Assembly: GCA_963703225.1 (NCBI GenBank)
Contig: OY969801.1
Span: 1,376,001 to 1,440,000, forward strand
Direction of reading: 5' to 3'
DNA length: 64,000 nucleotides
From: Candidatus Eiseniibacteriota bacterium
GTDB lineage: Bacteria; Eisenbacteria; RBG-16-71-46; SZUA-252
A program made the position numbers and the translations under genes. Numbering within the stretch: position 1 is the stretch's first letter; every line of letters begins with the position of its first letter. The notes beneath the pieces are model-generated. The model did no database searches. It was not told the DNA's origin and saw only the letters and a program-made list of their open reading frames with translations. Positions 1 to 8,991 of this stretch are shown piece after piece.

Positions 1-222
1 GGGCTTCCGTACGTCGCCCTGGACCGGGAGACGCTCCTCACGCAGCACCTACCCGCTCCTTCGCTCCGATTTCGATCGCGACATCGGCCCACCCGGGGCG
101 CGGCCGCCAACTTCATCAACTTCGTTTCCGGTATGGACGGTCAGCGTATTGTGGCCCGGCACGGGTATGCCCCGGCCGCCGTGCCGATCGAGATCATTCG
201 CACCGCAGAGGAGGTGCCTTGA
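1..222 (+). CDS. C-terminal part of a PstS-like substrate-binding protein (partial; probable indels)
   Basis: Read manually: ...PTRGAAANFINFVSGMDGQRIVARHGYAPAAVPIEII...TGA(220-222). This resembles the 'F..F..s.eGQ.i' C-terminus of PstS/PBP-like proteins. The stop overlaps the TTG of the TPR gene. Confidence 0.55.
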   Translation, partial: GLPYVALDRETLLTQHLPAPSLRFRSRHRPTRGAAANFINFVSGMDGQRIVARHGYAPAAVPIEIIRTAEEVP

Positions 223-2057
223 AGCCCGCGCGCCATCTTGTGGCCGCCTCGATTCTTCTGGGACTCGCGCTGGCCACGTCTCCGCTCTACGCGCTCTCCT
301 CCAGCGACATGATCAAGCAGGGCATCTCTCTTCTGCGCGACGGAAAGACCCAGGAGGCGCTCGATCTCTTCACCAAGGCTCAGAGACTCGATCCCAACGG
401 TCCCAAGCCGCACTACTACATCGCCTCGGCGCTGGAGCGTCTCGGCGAGCCGGACAGCGCCCGAGTCGAGTACGAGACCGCGATCAGGCTGAACCCCAAG
501 TACGTCGAGGCGCTGACCGGTCTCGGCAAGCTGCTCCGCAAGCAGGGAAAGAAGGCCGAGGGGACGGCGAAGCTCGAGGAAGCGGTGAAGTACAGTCCCA
601 AGGATGCCCCCTCGCTCTACGCGCTGGGGCAGGCCTACCTCGAGGACAAGCGCTACGACGACGCGGAGAAGGTCTTCCGCAAGGGCACCCTGCTGAAGCA
701 GGGGCGGGCCCTGTTCCTCGCCGGCACGGCGCTGGCCCTGGAGGGGAAGGGGGAGTTGAAGCAGGCGGAGGAGCTTCTGATCCGCGCCCGCGAGACCGAC
801 CCGAACAACCTGAGGGTCCGGCTCGACCTCGGCGGGTTCTACACCCGGAAGAAGATCCCCGTCCTCGCCGCGCCGGAGTACGGCTGGGCGACCAAGCTCG
901 ACCCCAAGAATCCGGAAAATTACTATCTCTACGGCAAGGCGCTCGTTGGCATGAACGAATTCAACGCCGGCCTGGCCGCCTTCATTCAGGCGACGGAGCA
1001 GGATTCGACATTCGCGCCGGCCTACCTCGAATCGGGGCGGCTCTTCTATCGCGCGAAGCGGTACAAAGAGTCCGCGGACAATTTCAGGACCTACACCGGC
1101 CTCCGGCCGGAGGAGTACGAGGGGTACTTCGAGTTGGGACGAGCGTTGGCGAACAGCCGAGACCCGAACGATAAGGTCGAGGCGACCATCATGCTGACCA
1201 AGGCGAACGAGCTGAAGCCGGAAGTCCCCGAGGTCCTCGGGAGCCTCTGTAAGCTCTATGCGGAGCAGGGGGAGGCGGGGCGGGACAGCGCGCTCAGCTA
1301 TTGCGACCGGTACGCGTCGCTGGCCGATTCGCTCACGGCCGAGGAGAACCTGCGCGTCGGAATCCTCTACGTGGCGGCCGACGATTCCGCGAAGGCGGTG
1401 GGGCACCTGACGCGCGCGGTCGAGCAGGATTCCACCTTCGCCAAGGACGCGAACTTCCAGCTGGGTTACATGTTCTTCGCGCGGCACGACTACCCGTCGG
1501 CGACCCCCTATTTCGAGCGGACCCTCCGGGCCGACTCGACGTTCGTGCCGGCCTTGCTCAATTTGGCGCTCTGCAAGCTCCAGATGGCCGAGAAGTCCCA
1601 GGCGATCGAAATCCTGAGAAAATCGCTGGCCGTCAAGCCGAACGACGCCCGTGCGATGATCTGGATTGGGCAGACGATGCTCACCATGGAGCCCGATTCG
1701 CTCCCGGTGGCGCTCGACGTCTATCGCGGCGCCATCGAGGCCGACTCCACCAGCGGGGACGCGTATCGAGGGGCGGGTCTCGCGCTCTTGCTCATGGAGA
1801 ATTGCTCCGAATCCCAAACCTACTTCGACAAGGCGGCGGAACTGGAACCCAATCACGTCCAGGGACACATCTGGCTCGCGCAGGCCTGCTCCAAGTGTCG
1901 CGATCAAACGCGCGCCAAGATCGAATTCAACAAAGCTCTCGAGATCGATCCTACGAACCGAGAGGCGTCCCGCGGGCTGGATATCATCCGGAAGTGGGAG
2001 CAGCAGCAGCTCCAGAAGAGCTCCGGCGCGGCAAGCGCGGGCACCACAACACCGTAG
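219..2057 (+). CDS. Exported multi-TPR protein
   Basis: N-terminal signal peptide followed by many TPR repeats (e.g. 'A...Y..AI.L.P.Y.EA..GLG'); GAGGAGG RBS upstream. Confidence 0.9.
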   Translation: MKPARHLVAASILLGLALATSPLYALSSSDMIKQGISLLRDGKTQEALDLFTKAQRLDPNGPKPHYYIASALERLGEPDSARVEYETAIRLNPKYVEALTGLGKLLRKQGKKAEGTAKLEEAVKYSPKDAPSLYALGQAYLEDKRYDDAEKVFRKGTLLKQGRALFLAGTALALEGKGELKQAEELLIRARETDPNNLRVRLDLGGFYTRKKIPVLAAPEYGWATKLDPKNPENYYLYGKALVGMNEFNAGLAAFIQATEQDSTFAPAYLESGRLFYRAKRYKESADNFRTYTGLRPEEYEGYFELGRALANSRDPNDKVEATIMLTKANELKPEVPEVLGSLCKLYAEQGEAGRDSALSYCDRYASLADSLTAEENLRVGILYVAADDSAKAVGHLTRAVEQDSTFAKDANFQLGYMFFARHDYPSATPYFERTLRADSTFVPALLNLALCKLQMAEKSQAIEILRKSLAVKPNDARAMIWIGQTMLTMEPDSLPVALDVYRGAIEADSTSGDAYRGAGLALLLMENCSESQTYFDKAAELEPNHVQGHIWLAQACSKCRDQTRAKIEFNKALEIDPTNREASRGLDIIRKWEQQQLQKSSGAASAGTTTP

Positions 2058-2090
2058 GCCAACGCGGCGGGATGCCGCGCACAGGGAGGC

Positions 2091-2432
2091 ATGATGAGCT
2101 TGGATGTCCGGACGTCGGGTGATGTGACCATTCTGACCCCCAAGGGGATGCTCTTGGGCGGCAAGGAGACGGACGAGCTGCAGGCGAAGATCAAAGAGCT
2201 GAGTGAAGCGGGAAATCGCAAGCTGCTGATCAACCTCGGCCAGACCACCTTCTTGAACTCGGTTTCCCTGGGCGCCCTGATCAGCGGACATACCAGCTAC
2301 GCCAAGCGGGACGCGCAGATGAAGCTCTGCGCCGTGGACAAGAAGATCCAGAATATCTTCGTGGTGACCAAGCTCTCCCTGGTCTTTGACGTGCACGACA
2401 AGTGCGAGGACGCGATCGCCAGCTTCAAGTAG
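2091..2432 (+). CDS. STAS-domain anti-sigma-factor antagonist
   Basis: 113 aa, 'KLLINLGQTTFLNSVSLGAL' and 'IFVVTKLSLVF', typical of SpoIIAA/RsbV; GGGAGG RBS. Confidence 0.9.
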   Translation: MMSLDVRTSGDVTILTPKGMLLGGKETDELQAKIKELSEAGNRKLLINLGQTTFLNSVSLGALISGHTSYAKRDAQMKLCAVDKKIQNIFVVTKLSLVFDVHDKCEDAIASFK

Positions 2433-2536
2433 GCGGGTATTGCCGGTCGGGTCGGGCCTGAGGCATACTTGAAGCCTAGCCCGACAAATCGCTCGGACGA
2501 GCAAGACGTAACCATCCGGAACAGGAGGAAGTCGCA

Positions 2537-3260
2537 GTGAGACAAGGTTTGTTCCTGACGATAGTCGCCGTGGCCGCGCTGGCCATCGCCATCGTGGTCT
2601 ATATGTTTCTGCCCGAATACATCAAGTCGGGCGGGCCGCTGGTGGCGATGCTCATCATGCTTTCCATCATGTCGGTGACCCTGGTCTTCGAGCGCCTCTT
2701 CACGATCTCGAGAGCGCGGGGGAAGGAACCCGATTCCGACCTTCATGCGGAACGTCCGCAAGAAGATCGACGCCATGGACATCGAGGGCGCGGCCGACAT
2801 GTGCTCCAAGCAGCGTGGCTCGCTCGCGAACGTGCTCCGCGCCGGCCTCGACCGTTACGCCGTGGTGCGAGCGGCTCCGATCGATCGCGCCGCTAAGGTC
2901 CAGGAAGTACAGAAGGCGATGGAAGAGGCCAACATGCTCGAGGTGCCGCTTCTGGAGCGGAACCTCATCGCACTGGCCACGATCGCATCGATCGCGACGA
3001 TGGTCGGCCTCCTCGGGACGGTCATCGGGATGATCCGCTCGTTCTCGGCGCTCGGCCATACCGGATCGGTGGACGCGGTGAAGCTGGCGGTCGGGATCTC
3101 GGAGGCGCTCATCAACACCGCCGGCGGCCTCTTCGTGGCCATCTTCTCGATCGTGCTCTATAACATCTTCGTGACGATGATCGACAACTTCAACTACATG
3201 ATGGACGAAGCGACCCTCGAAGTGGTCGAGGTGATCTCGATCAAGGAAGCGACGAAGTAG
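2537..3260 (+). CDS. exbB: MotA/TolQ/ExbB proton channel protein (frameshift near 2730)
   Basis: ORFs 2537 and 2745 join into one protein; 'LATIASIATMVGLLGTVIGMI...GISEALINTAGGL' motif. Confidence 0.88.
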
Positions 3261-3261
3261 C

Positions 3262-3705
3262 ATGGCCGCGAGGAAGATGAAGCGGATCGGGGTCAAGATC
3301 GACATGACCCCCATGGTCGACGTGGCCTTTCTGCTTCTCATTTTCTTCATGTCGACGTCGCAGTTCGATCCGCCGCAAAAGATCCCGATCCAGCTTCCGG
3401 ACAGCCACTCCAATCTCAAGGTGCCGGAGTCGGATGTGTTGATCCTGGGAATCGGCAAGGAAAACCAGCTGCTCTATCAGCTCGGGAAGAATCCGCAAGA
3501 GATGACCGACCTGGGAAGCCTCGAGCAGCTGGTGCTGGACCAGCGCCGGCGAAACCCAAGGCTGCGGGTGGCGATCAAGGCCGACAAGGAGTCGGACTAC
3601 GGGACGATGGAAGACGTCATGGCCATCATGCAAAAGACCAACACGATCACGTTCAGCCTCGTCACCGAGCTCGTCGCGAGCAAGAAGTCCGCGATGAGGA
3701 TCTAG
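3262..3705 (+). CDS. exbD: ExbD/TolR family protein
   Basis: 'IDMTPMVDVAFLLLIFFM' TM with conserved Asp; 'IKADK...YG' periplasmic motif. Confidence 0.92.
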   Translation: MAARKMKRIGVKIDMTPMVDVAFLLLIFFMSTSQFDPPQKIPIQLPDSHSNLKVPESDVLILGIGKENQLLYQLGKNPQEMTDLGSLEQLVLDQRRRNPRLRVAIKADKESDYGTMEDVMAIMQKTNTITFSLVTELVASKKSAMRI

Positions 3706-3743
3706 GGCGGAATGAACGCAGTGATACGAAGGAGTGATGACCG

Positions 3744-4262
3744 ATGGGTGCCGTAGACACCCCAGAATCCGGCGTAAAACATAAAAAGGGGGGAATGCGG
3801 AAGCGCCAACCCAAGCGCATCGGGGTCAAGATCGACATGACGCCGATGGTGGACGTGGCGTTCCTCCTCCTGATCTTCTTCATGTGCACCACGGTATTCC
3901 GGAAGCCGCAGGCGCTGGAGATCAACCTCCCGCCCGATCCCAAGGCCAAGGTGGAAATCGCGCAGTCGAACGTGCTCACGCTCCGGGTCGTGGCCCCCGA
4001 CGACAAGTCCAAGGGCGAGGTTCGTGCTTTTTGGACGCTGGCCAAGGATCCGTACAAAGAGGCGAAGCTCGACGCGCTGGAGGGGATCTTCGCGGCCGAG
4101 GGGAAGAAGAATCCCAAGCTCGTCGTCCTCGTCAAGATCGACCGGAGGGCCAAGTACAAATACATGGTCGACATCATCGATCAGCTCCAATTCGCGGAGC
4201 TGAACCGGTTTTCGCTCGCACCGCTGGAGCCGGCTGAGAAGAAGGAGGTCGAGGCGCTGTGA
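3744..4262 (+). CDS. exbD: ExbD/TolR family protein
   Basis: 'IDMTPMVDVAFLLLIFFM' and 'AKYKYMVDIIDQL'. Confidence 0.92.
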   Translation: MGAVDTPESGVKHKKGGMRKRQPKRIGVKIDMTPMVDVAFLLLIFFMCTTVFRKPQALEINLPPDPKAKVEIAQSNVLTLRVVAPDDKSKGEVRAFWTLAKDPYKEAKLDALEGIFAAEGKKNPKLVVLVKIDRRAKYKYMVDIIDQLQFAELNRFSLAPLEPAEKKEVEAL

Positions 4263-4975
4263 CCTCCACCGTACTCAGCACCGTGGATCGCGTCCCGATC
4301 GGGGCCGCCGACCTCAAGGCCAATTCGCAGCGCATGCTGCGAAAGGCGCTGATCATCTCCGCCGGGATCCACCTCGGAATCATCGGACTCTACATGCTCA
4401 GCACCATGTGGAAGCCGCCCGACGAGGCTGCCTACACGGGCCGGGTAATCAAAATGCAGACCCTGCCGCCGCCGCCGCCGCTCTCCGACGCGCCGCCGCC
4501 GCCAGTGATTCCGATCACGCAGGAGATCGTCAAGCCGACGATCGGGACGCCGGTTCCGGTTCCCGACCAGTTGGCGCCCGAGCAGACGATCATGACGCAG
4601 CAGGAATTGGCGGCGCAGCTCACGCCGGTTGGATTGGGTCGGGGAGCGGGCAGGGACAGTCTCGTGATCGCCGCGGACGACCTGCCTGGAGAGGGCGAGT
4701 TTGTCTACTACGAAGACGAGCCGGTGCCGGTGACCCAGGTGACGCCGACCTACCCCGAGTTCGCGCGGGACGCCCAGATTCAGGGAACGGTGCTGCTGCA
4801 CGTCCTGGTGGGGAAGGATGGCCGTGTCAAGAACGTCAAGGTGAAGCGGAGCGTGACCGGGCTCGACGCGTCCGCGGTCGAGGCCATCAAGAAGTGGGTG
4901 TTCAAGCCAGCGCTCAGCAACAACAAGCCGGTCGCCGTCTGGGTCGAAGTGCCCATGAACTTCCATCTCAATTGA
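4259..4975 (+). CDS. tonB: Energy transducer TonB
   Basis: N-terminal TM with S-x3-H, Pro-rich linker, C-terminal 'YPEFARDAQIQGTV...WVFKPA'. Confidence 0.92.
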   Translation: MTSTVLSTVDRVPIGAADLKANSQRMLRKALIISAGIHLGIIGLYMLSTMWKPPDEAAYTGRVIKMQTLPPPPPLSDAPPPPVIPITQEIVKPTIGTPVPVPDQLAPEQTIMTQQELAAQLTPVGLGRGAGRDSLVIAADDLPGEGEFVYYEDEPVPVTQVTPTYPEFARDAQIQGTVLLHVLVGKDGRVKNVKVKRSVTGLDASAVEAIKKWVFKPALSNNKPVAVWVEVPMNFHLN

Positions 4976-5075
4976 GCGATCCGAAGATACGAATCGAGGC
5001 GGGGCCCCCTCGCTAATCTGAACTCCCCGCCGCCCATCGGCGGGGCGGAGCCGGGACAAGAAAGGTCGACGCGAT

Positions 5076-5786
5076 ATGACCGCGATGACCGTCCCTCCCC
5101 CCGGCTGGGCGCCGATCGGCGCCCGCGAACTCAAGGAGCACTCCCGCCGGTACATCGGGTCCGGGCTCGCGCTCTCTGGAACGGCGCATGTTCTTCTGCT
5201 GGTCGTCGTCCTCGGTCTCCAGGCGCGGGCGCCGATCGACCTGCCGAGACGGAACTTCCCGCCGGTCATCCTGCTTCCCGAGCCGCCCATTCCTCGGGTC
5301 GTTGTCACCGAGCCTTCGCCTGAGCCTGGGGCTGGGATACCCCACCGAGAGGGCGGCATCATTCGCCCGGCTGTCGACCCGCCCCGGATCGAGGTGCCGA
5401 GCTCGGTACCCATCGCGAAAGGTCCCGACATCCGGCCCGGCGGACCCCGCCAGAACCCAAACGCAGGATTCACTCGTTCCGATTCGGCAGCCGACGATCC
5501 CAGCGAATCCACCCTGGTCGCGTACGACGTGGCGCCGGTTCCAACATTCCGGCCGAGCCCGGTGTATTCCGATTGGCAACGAGACGCAGGGATCGAAGGG
5601 CGGGTGGTCCTTCACGCGCTCGTGGGAAGGGATGGACGGGTGAAGCGGGTGAACGTGGTCCGCGACGTCGGGGGACTGAGCGAGCCGGCGCGCGCCGCGA
5701 TCGCCCGCTGGATCTTTCGTCCCGCCACCTTCGGCGGAAAGCCCGTGTCGGTTTGGGTCGAGATCCCGGTCGATTTCAGACTCTAG
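5076..5786 (+). CDS. tonB: Energy transducer TonB (second paralogue)
   Basis: TM 'LSGTAHVLL', Pro-rich linker, TonB C-domain 'GIEGRVV...WIFRPA'. Confidence 0.85.
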   Translation: MTAMTVPPPGWAPIGARELKEHSRRYIGSGLALSGTAHVLLLVVVLGLQARAPIDLPRRNFPPVILLPEPPIPRVVVTEPSPEPGAGIPHREGGIIRPAVDPPRIEVPSSVPIAKGPDIRPGGPRQNPNAGFTRSDSAADDPSESTLVAYDVAPVPTFRPSPVYSDWQRDAGIEGRVVLHALVGRDGRVKRVNVVRDVGGLSEPARAAIARWIFRPATFGGKPVSVWVEIPVDFRL

Positions 5787-5826
5787 GGACGGGGCGTTCG
5801 GCGGCTGTGGTGGCGCCCAAATACCT

Positions 5827-5855
5827 TTGACAGCCCCAGCGTCGCGGCCTAGTCT
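5827..5855 (+). promoter_or_regulatory. sigma70-type promoter for the second ExbBD-TonB module
   Basis: TTGACA(5827-5832)-N17-TAGTCT(5850-5855); ATG at 5864 lies close to the predicted +1. Confidence 0.65.
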
Positions 5856-5863
5856 CTAAGGTC

Positions 5864-6655
5864 ATGCCTCGTTCCGGCAATCGCTGGTATTATAAGTATT
5901 TCCACGCTTTTGTGCTCTCCGCTGGAGGGCTCCTTCCGGCCGCCGTGGCGCTTGCGGCGGGCGGCGGAGCAGGGCGGATCCCGAACGAGAGCGGCATCCT
6001 CGAACTCTACTGGACGGGCGGGGTGTTCATGCACCCCATCCTGCTCTGCTCGGTCGTCGGCCTGGCCATCATTTTGGAGAGGCTCTTTTTCTTCGCCAAG
6101 GCGCGCACGGACACGGGGCGGCTCATGAACGAGCTCCTCCGCCTATTACAAGAAGATGGCTTCGAGGCGGCGCAACGGATGCTGCACGGGACCCGCGGGC
6201 CGATCGCGGCGGTGCTTCATTCGGGCCTCGCGCGGGCCAAGAAAGGGCCCGAAGCGGTCGAGAAGGCGATCACCACCGCGGCGTCGATCGAGACCGCGCT
6301 CCTCGAGCGAGGGCTGATCTGGCTCGCCACGGTCGCGAATATCGCGCCGCTTCTTGGATTCCTCGGAACGGTCTCGGGAATGATCCACGCCTTCGAGGCG
6401 ATCGCGGCGGCGGAGGAGGTCTCGGCGAAGTTGGTGGCCACGGGTATCTACGAAGCGCTGATCACAACGGCGGCGGGCTTGATCGTGGCGATCCCGGTCC
6501 AGACGGCGCACAACTACTTCGTCTCGCGGATCGACAAGTTTGTGATCGACATGGAGGAATCGGGCGCCGAGCTGATCGACGCCCTCACGACCCACTCCAA
6601 GCAATGGGAGCGGTTCTTGACGACGGTTCGTCCACCCGCCGCATCCACGAAATGA
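5864..6655 (+). CDS. exbB: MotA/TolQ/ExbB proton channel protein
   Basis: 'LATVANIAPLLGFLGTVSGMI...GIYEALITTAAGLIVAIP'; exact start uncertain. Confidence 0.92.
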   Translation: MPRSGNRWYYKYFHAFVLSAGGLLPAAVALAAGGGAGRIPNESGILELYWTGGVFMHPILLCSVVGLAIILERLFFFAKARTDTGRLMNELLRLLQEDGFEAAQRMLHGTRGPIAAVLHSGLARAKKGPEAVEKAITTAASIETALLERGLIWLATVANIAPLLGFLGTVSGMIHAFEAIAAAEEVSAKLVATGIYEALITTAAGLIVAIPVQTAHNYFVSRIDKFVIDMEESGAELIDALTTHSKQWERFLTTVRPPAASTK

Positions 6656-7059
6656 AGCCTCTCCGAAGGCGCCATCCTCACCCGGAGATCCCCCTCGTCT
6701 CCACCGCGGACGTCGCGTTCCTGCTCCTGATCTTCTTTCTCTCCACGGCGACCTTGAGCGTCGAGCGGGGAATCGTGCTCGGCCTGCCGGCTCCCGGCAC
6801 GGCGGAGCTCGTGTTGCGGCCCGACCGGATCGCGCGCGTGACGATCTCGGGCGACCGGGTGATGTCGCTCGACGGCGCGGCGATCCAATCGAATGAGTTG
6901 AGGCGCGCCCTGGCCTCGAGGATCCGGGAGCAACCCGGCCTGGTCGTCACGCTTTCGATCGATCGCGCGGCGCCCTACGCTGCGGTGGTCGAGGCGCTGG
7001 ACCAGGTGAAGCTCTCCGGCGCCCGCCAGATCTCGCTCCGGACGGAAGGCGAGCCGTGA
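6652..7059 (+). CDS. exbD: ExbD/TolR family protein
   Basis: ATGA overlap with exbB; 'STADVAFLLLIFF' and 'APYAAVVEALDQV'. Confidence 0.88.
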   Translation: MKPLRRRHPHPEIPLVSTADVAFLLLIFFLSTATLSVERGIVLGLPAPGTAELVLRPDRIARVTISGDRVMSLDGAAIQSNELRRALASRIREQPGLVVTLSIDRAAPYAAVVEALDQVKLSGARQISLRTEGEP

Positions 7060-7466
7060 ACATCCGCCGGCGGGTCCGACACCAAAACATGATCCCGACC
7101 GCGTCGATGGCCGACATCGCGATGCTCCTCCTGATCTTCTTCATGAGCACGACGATCATCCGCTCGCGGGAGATCCTCGACATTCACCTCCCGGGCATCA
7201 CGACGGGAGAGCGGGTTCGGAGGGAGACCACGGTCCGGATCTCGCTCGGGCCGAACGGGGAGGTGGCCTTCAACGACGCCCGGATCTCCCTCTCCGACGT
7301 GGGACGGGTCCTGGCCGAAAAGCTGCGGCGAAATCCGGCGCTCACCATCGCGCTGCATGCCGACGCGAGGGCGCCGTATGGGGCCGTCTCGGGCCTCATC
7401 GATCAGGTGAAGGCCGCCCGCGCCCCTCGGGTAACGCTGGTGGCCGATCGGAGGGGCGGCTCGTGA
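7056..7466 (+). CDS. exbD: ExbD/TolR family protein
   Basis: 'SMADIAMLLLIFFM' and 'LHADARAPYG'; GTGA overlap. Confidence 0.88.
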   Translation: MNIRRRVRHQNMIPTASMADIAMLLLIFFMSTTIIRSREILDIHLPGITTGERVRRETTVRISLGPNGEVAFNDARISLSDVGRVLAEKLRRNPALTIALHADARAPYGAVSGLIDQVKAARAPRVTLVADRRGGS

Positions 7467-8173
7467 GCGCGCTGGTCGGGAGTCACCCTCTCAAACGGCG
7501 CTACTACGGGGACATGCGAAACGCGCTGGTCGCGGCCTCTCTGCTGCACGTGCTCGTCTTCGCAATCGCGCCGCCGTACCGACCCCGCCCGTTTCAGATG
7601 AAGCCTGATTTTCTTCGGATCGTGGACGCCGTCGTGCCGTCGCTAGAGGGTGGGCCGGCGGGACCACCGGCTCGCGCCGACGCCGAGCCCACACCCCCGC
7701 GAGAGCGGCTGGTCGCGAATCTCTCGATCCGCACCCAGAACGGCGCCGCGGAGATCCCTCCCGCCCAAGCGGCCGCGCGCTCGGGCGACGGGGGCTCGGG
7801 TGCCGCGGATGGCACCGGAAGAGGGGGAGGTACCGGGACCGCCTACGACGAGGCACCGCCCGTCTTCTACTCCTACGACACGGCGCCCAGAGTGAGGCGC
7901 AGGGTCGAGCCAGAGTACCCGGCCGCGGCGCGGGACATGGGGGCCGAAGGCACCGTGGTGGTGAACCTGAACATCGACGAGAAAGGGCGAATCATGCGCG
8001 CCTGGGTCGCGACGGCCAGCGCGAACGAGATCTTGATCAACGCGGCGCTCGACGCGGCCTACGAGTTTGAGTTCGTGCCCGGCGCGGAACGCGACGTCCC
8101 GGTCAAGTGCACCGTAGCCATACCTTTCCAGTTCACCTTGAAACGAGTCCTGGAACTGACGGAGGACAAGTAA
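7463..8173 (+). CDS. tonB: Energy transducer TonB (third paralogue)
   Basis: TM 'ASLLHVL', linker, 'PEYPAAARDMGAEGTVVV...FEFVPG'. Confidence 0.85.
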   Translation: MSALVGSHPLKRRYYGDMRNALVAASLLHVLVFAIAPPYRPRPFQMKPDFLRIVDAVVPSLEGGPAGPPARADAEPTPPRERLVANLSIRTQNGAAEIPPAQAAARSGDGGSGAADGTGRGGGTGTAYDEAPPVFYSYDTAPRVRRRVEPEYPAAARDMGAEGTVVVNLNIDEKGRIMRAWVATASANEILINAALDAAYEFEFVPGAERDVPVKCTVAIPFQFTLKRVLELTEDK

Positions 8174-8174
8174 C

Positions 8175-8891
8175 ATGACGCCTGAGCAGAATCCCCCTCA
8201 CACCGACGGGGTGGCCGTTGCGGAGCTGCCTCCGATCTCGCCGTTACAGGCCGCGCTCGGGGTCTTTATCCAGCCGCGTCAGACATTCGAGCGTTTGCGG
8301 GAAAAGCCCCGCTTCCTGATGCCGTTGATTGTCCTGATCGTCGCCCAGATCGCCTTCTCGGTCGTGCTCTTCCGCTCCGGCGTCATCGCGAATGACGCGG
8401 TGGCCAAGATGGAAGCTCAGGGGAAGCCCCCCGAACAGATCGAGCAGGTCGAGAAATTCTTCGACTCCCCGGCGGCCCCCATCATCGGCGCGGTGAGCGG
8501 GGCGGTGGCGATCGTTTTCATCCTTTTGGTCAGCTCCGGGTTCGTATTCTTCATGGGAAATTTGATGCTGGGGGCGCGGCTGACGTTCCGGCACTACCTC
8601 TGCATCACAACCTACGCGAGCCTCATCGGGCTCGTCGGCCAAGCGGTACGGGCGGGGCTCGCCCTCAGCAAGGGGACGATGGACGTCCGGCTTGGACTCG
8701 GAAACCTGTTCGGCGACGACATCGGCTACATGGGGCGGGTCCTGGACACGATGACCGACCCGCTCACCCTCTGGGCGATCGCCATCTCGGCGCTCGGGGT
8801 GTCCGTATTCGCGAAGAAGGGCTTTGGTTTCGGGGTCCTGGCAGTTCTGCCGGGCTTCGTCCTCACCATGCTCCTTGCAGGGATGCGCTGA
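8175..8891 (+). CDS. Yip1-family membrane protein (YknW-like)
   Basis: 'FIQPRQTFERL..P' N-terminal motif and about five TM segments; lies directly before an efflux operon. Confidence 0.8.
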   Translation: MTPEQNPPHTDGVAVAELPPISPLQAALGVFIQPRQTFERLREKPRFLMPLIVLIVAQIAFSVVLFRSGVIANDAVAKMEAQGKPPEQIEQVEKFFDSPAAPIIGAVSGAVAIVFILLVSSGFVFFMGNLMLGARLTFRHYLCITTYASLIGLVGQAVRAGLALSKGTMDVRLGLGNLFGDDIGYMGRVLDTMTDPLTLWAIAISALGVSVFAKKGFGFGVLAVLPGFVLTMLLAGMR

Positions 8892-8908
8892 GCCGCCGGG
8901 AACTCGCT

Positions 8909-8935
8909 GGAAACCAACGCGGTAGATCAAACGTA
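8909..8935 (+). promoter_or_regulatory. Candidate ECF-sigma promoter
   Basis: GGAAAC(8909-8914)-N17-CGTA(8932-8935), close to the SigW/SigE-type consensus; upstream of tolC. Confidence 0.45.
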
Positions 8936-8991
8936 TGGATAGGGTCGGCGTGAGACTTCGTTCGCCTCGAACCGTTACCTGGGAGAATCGG

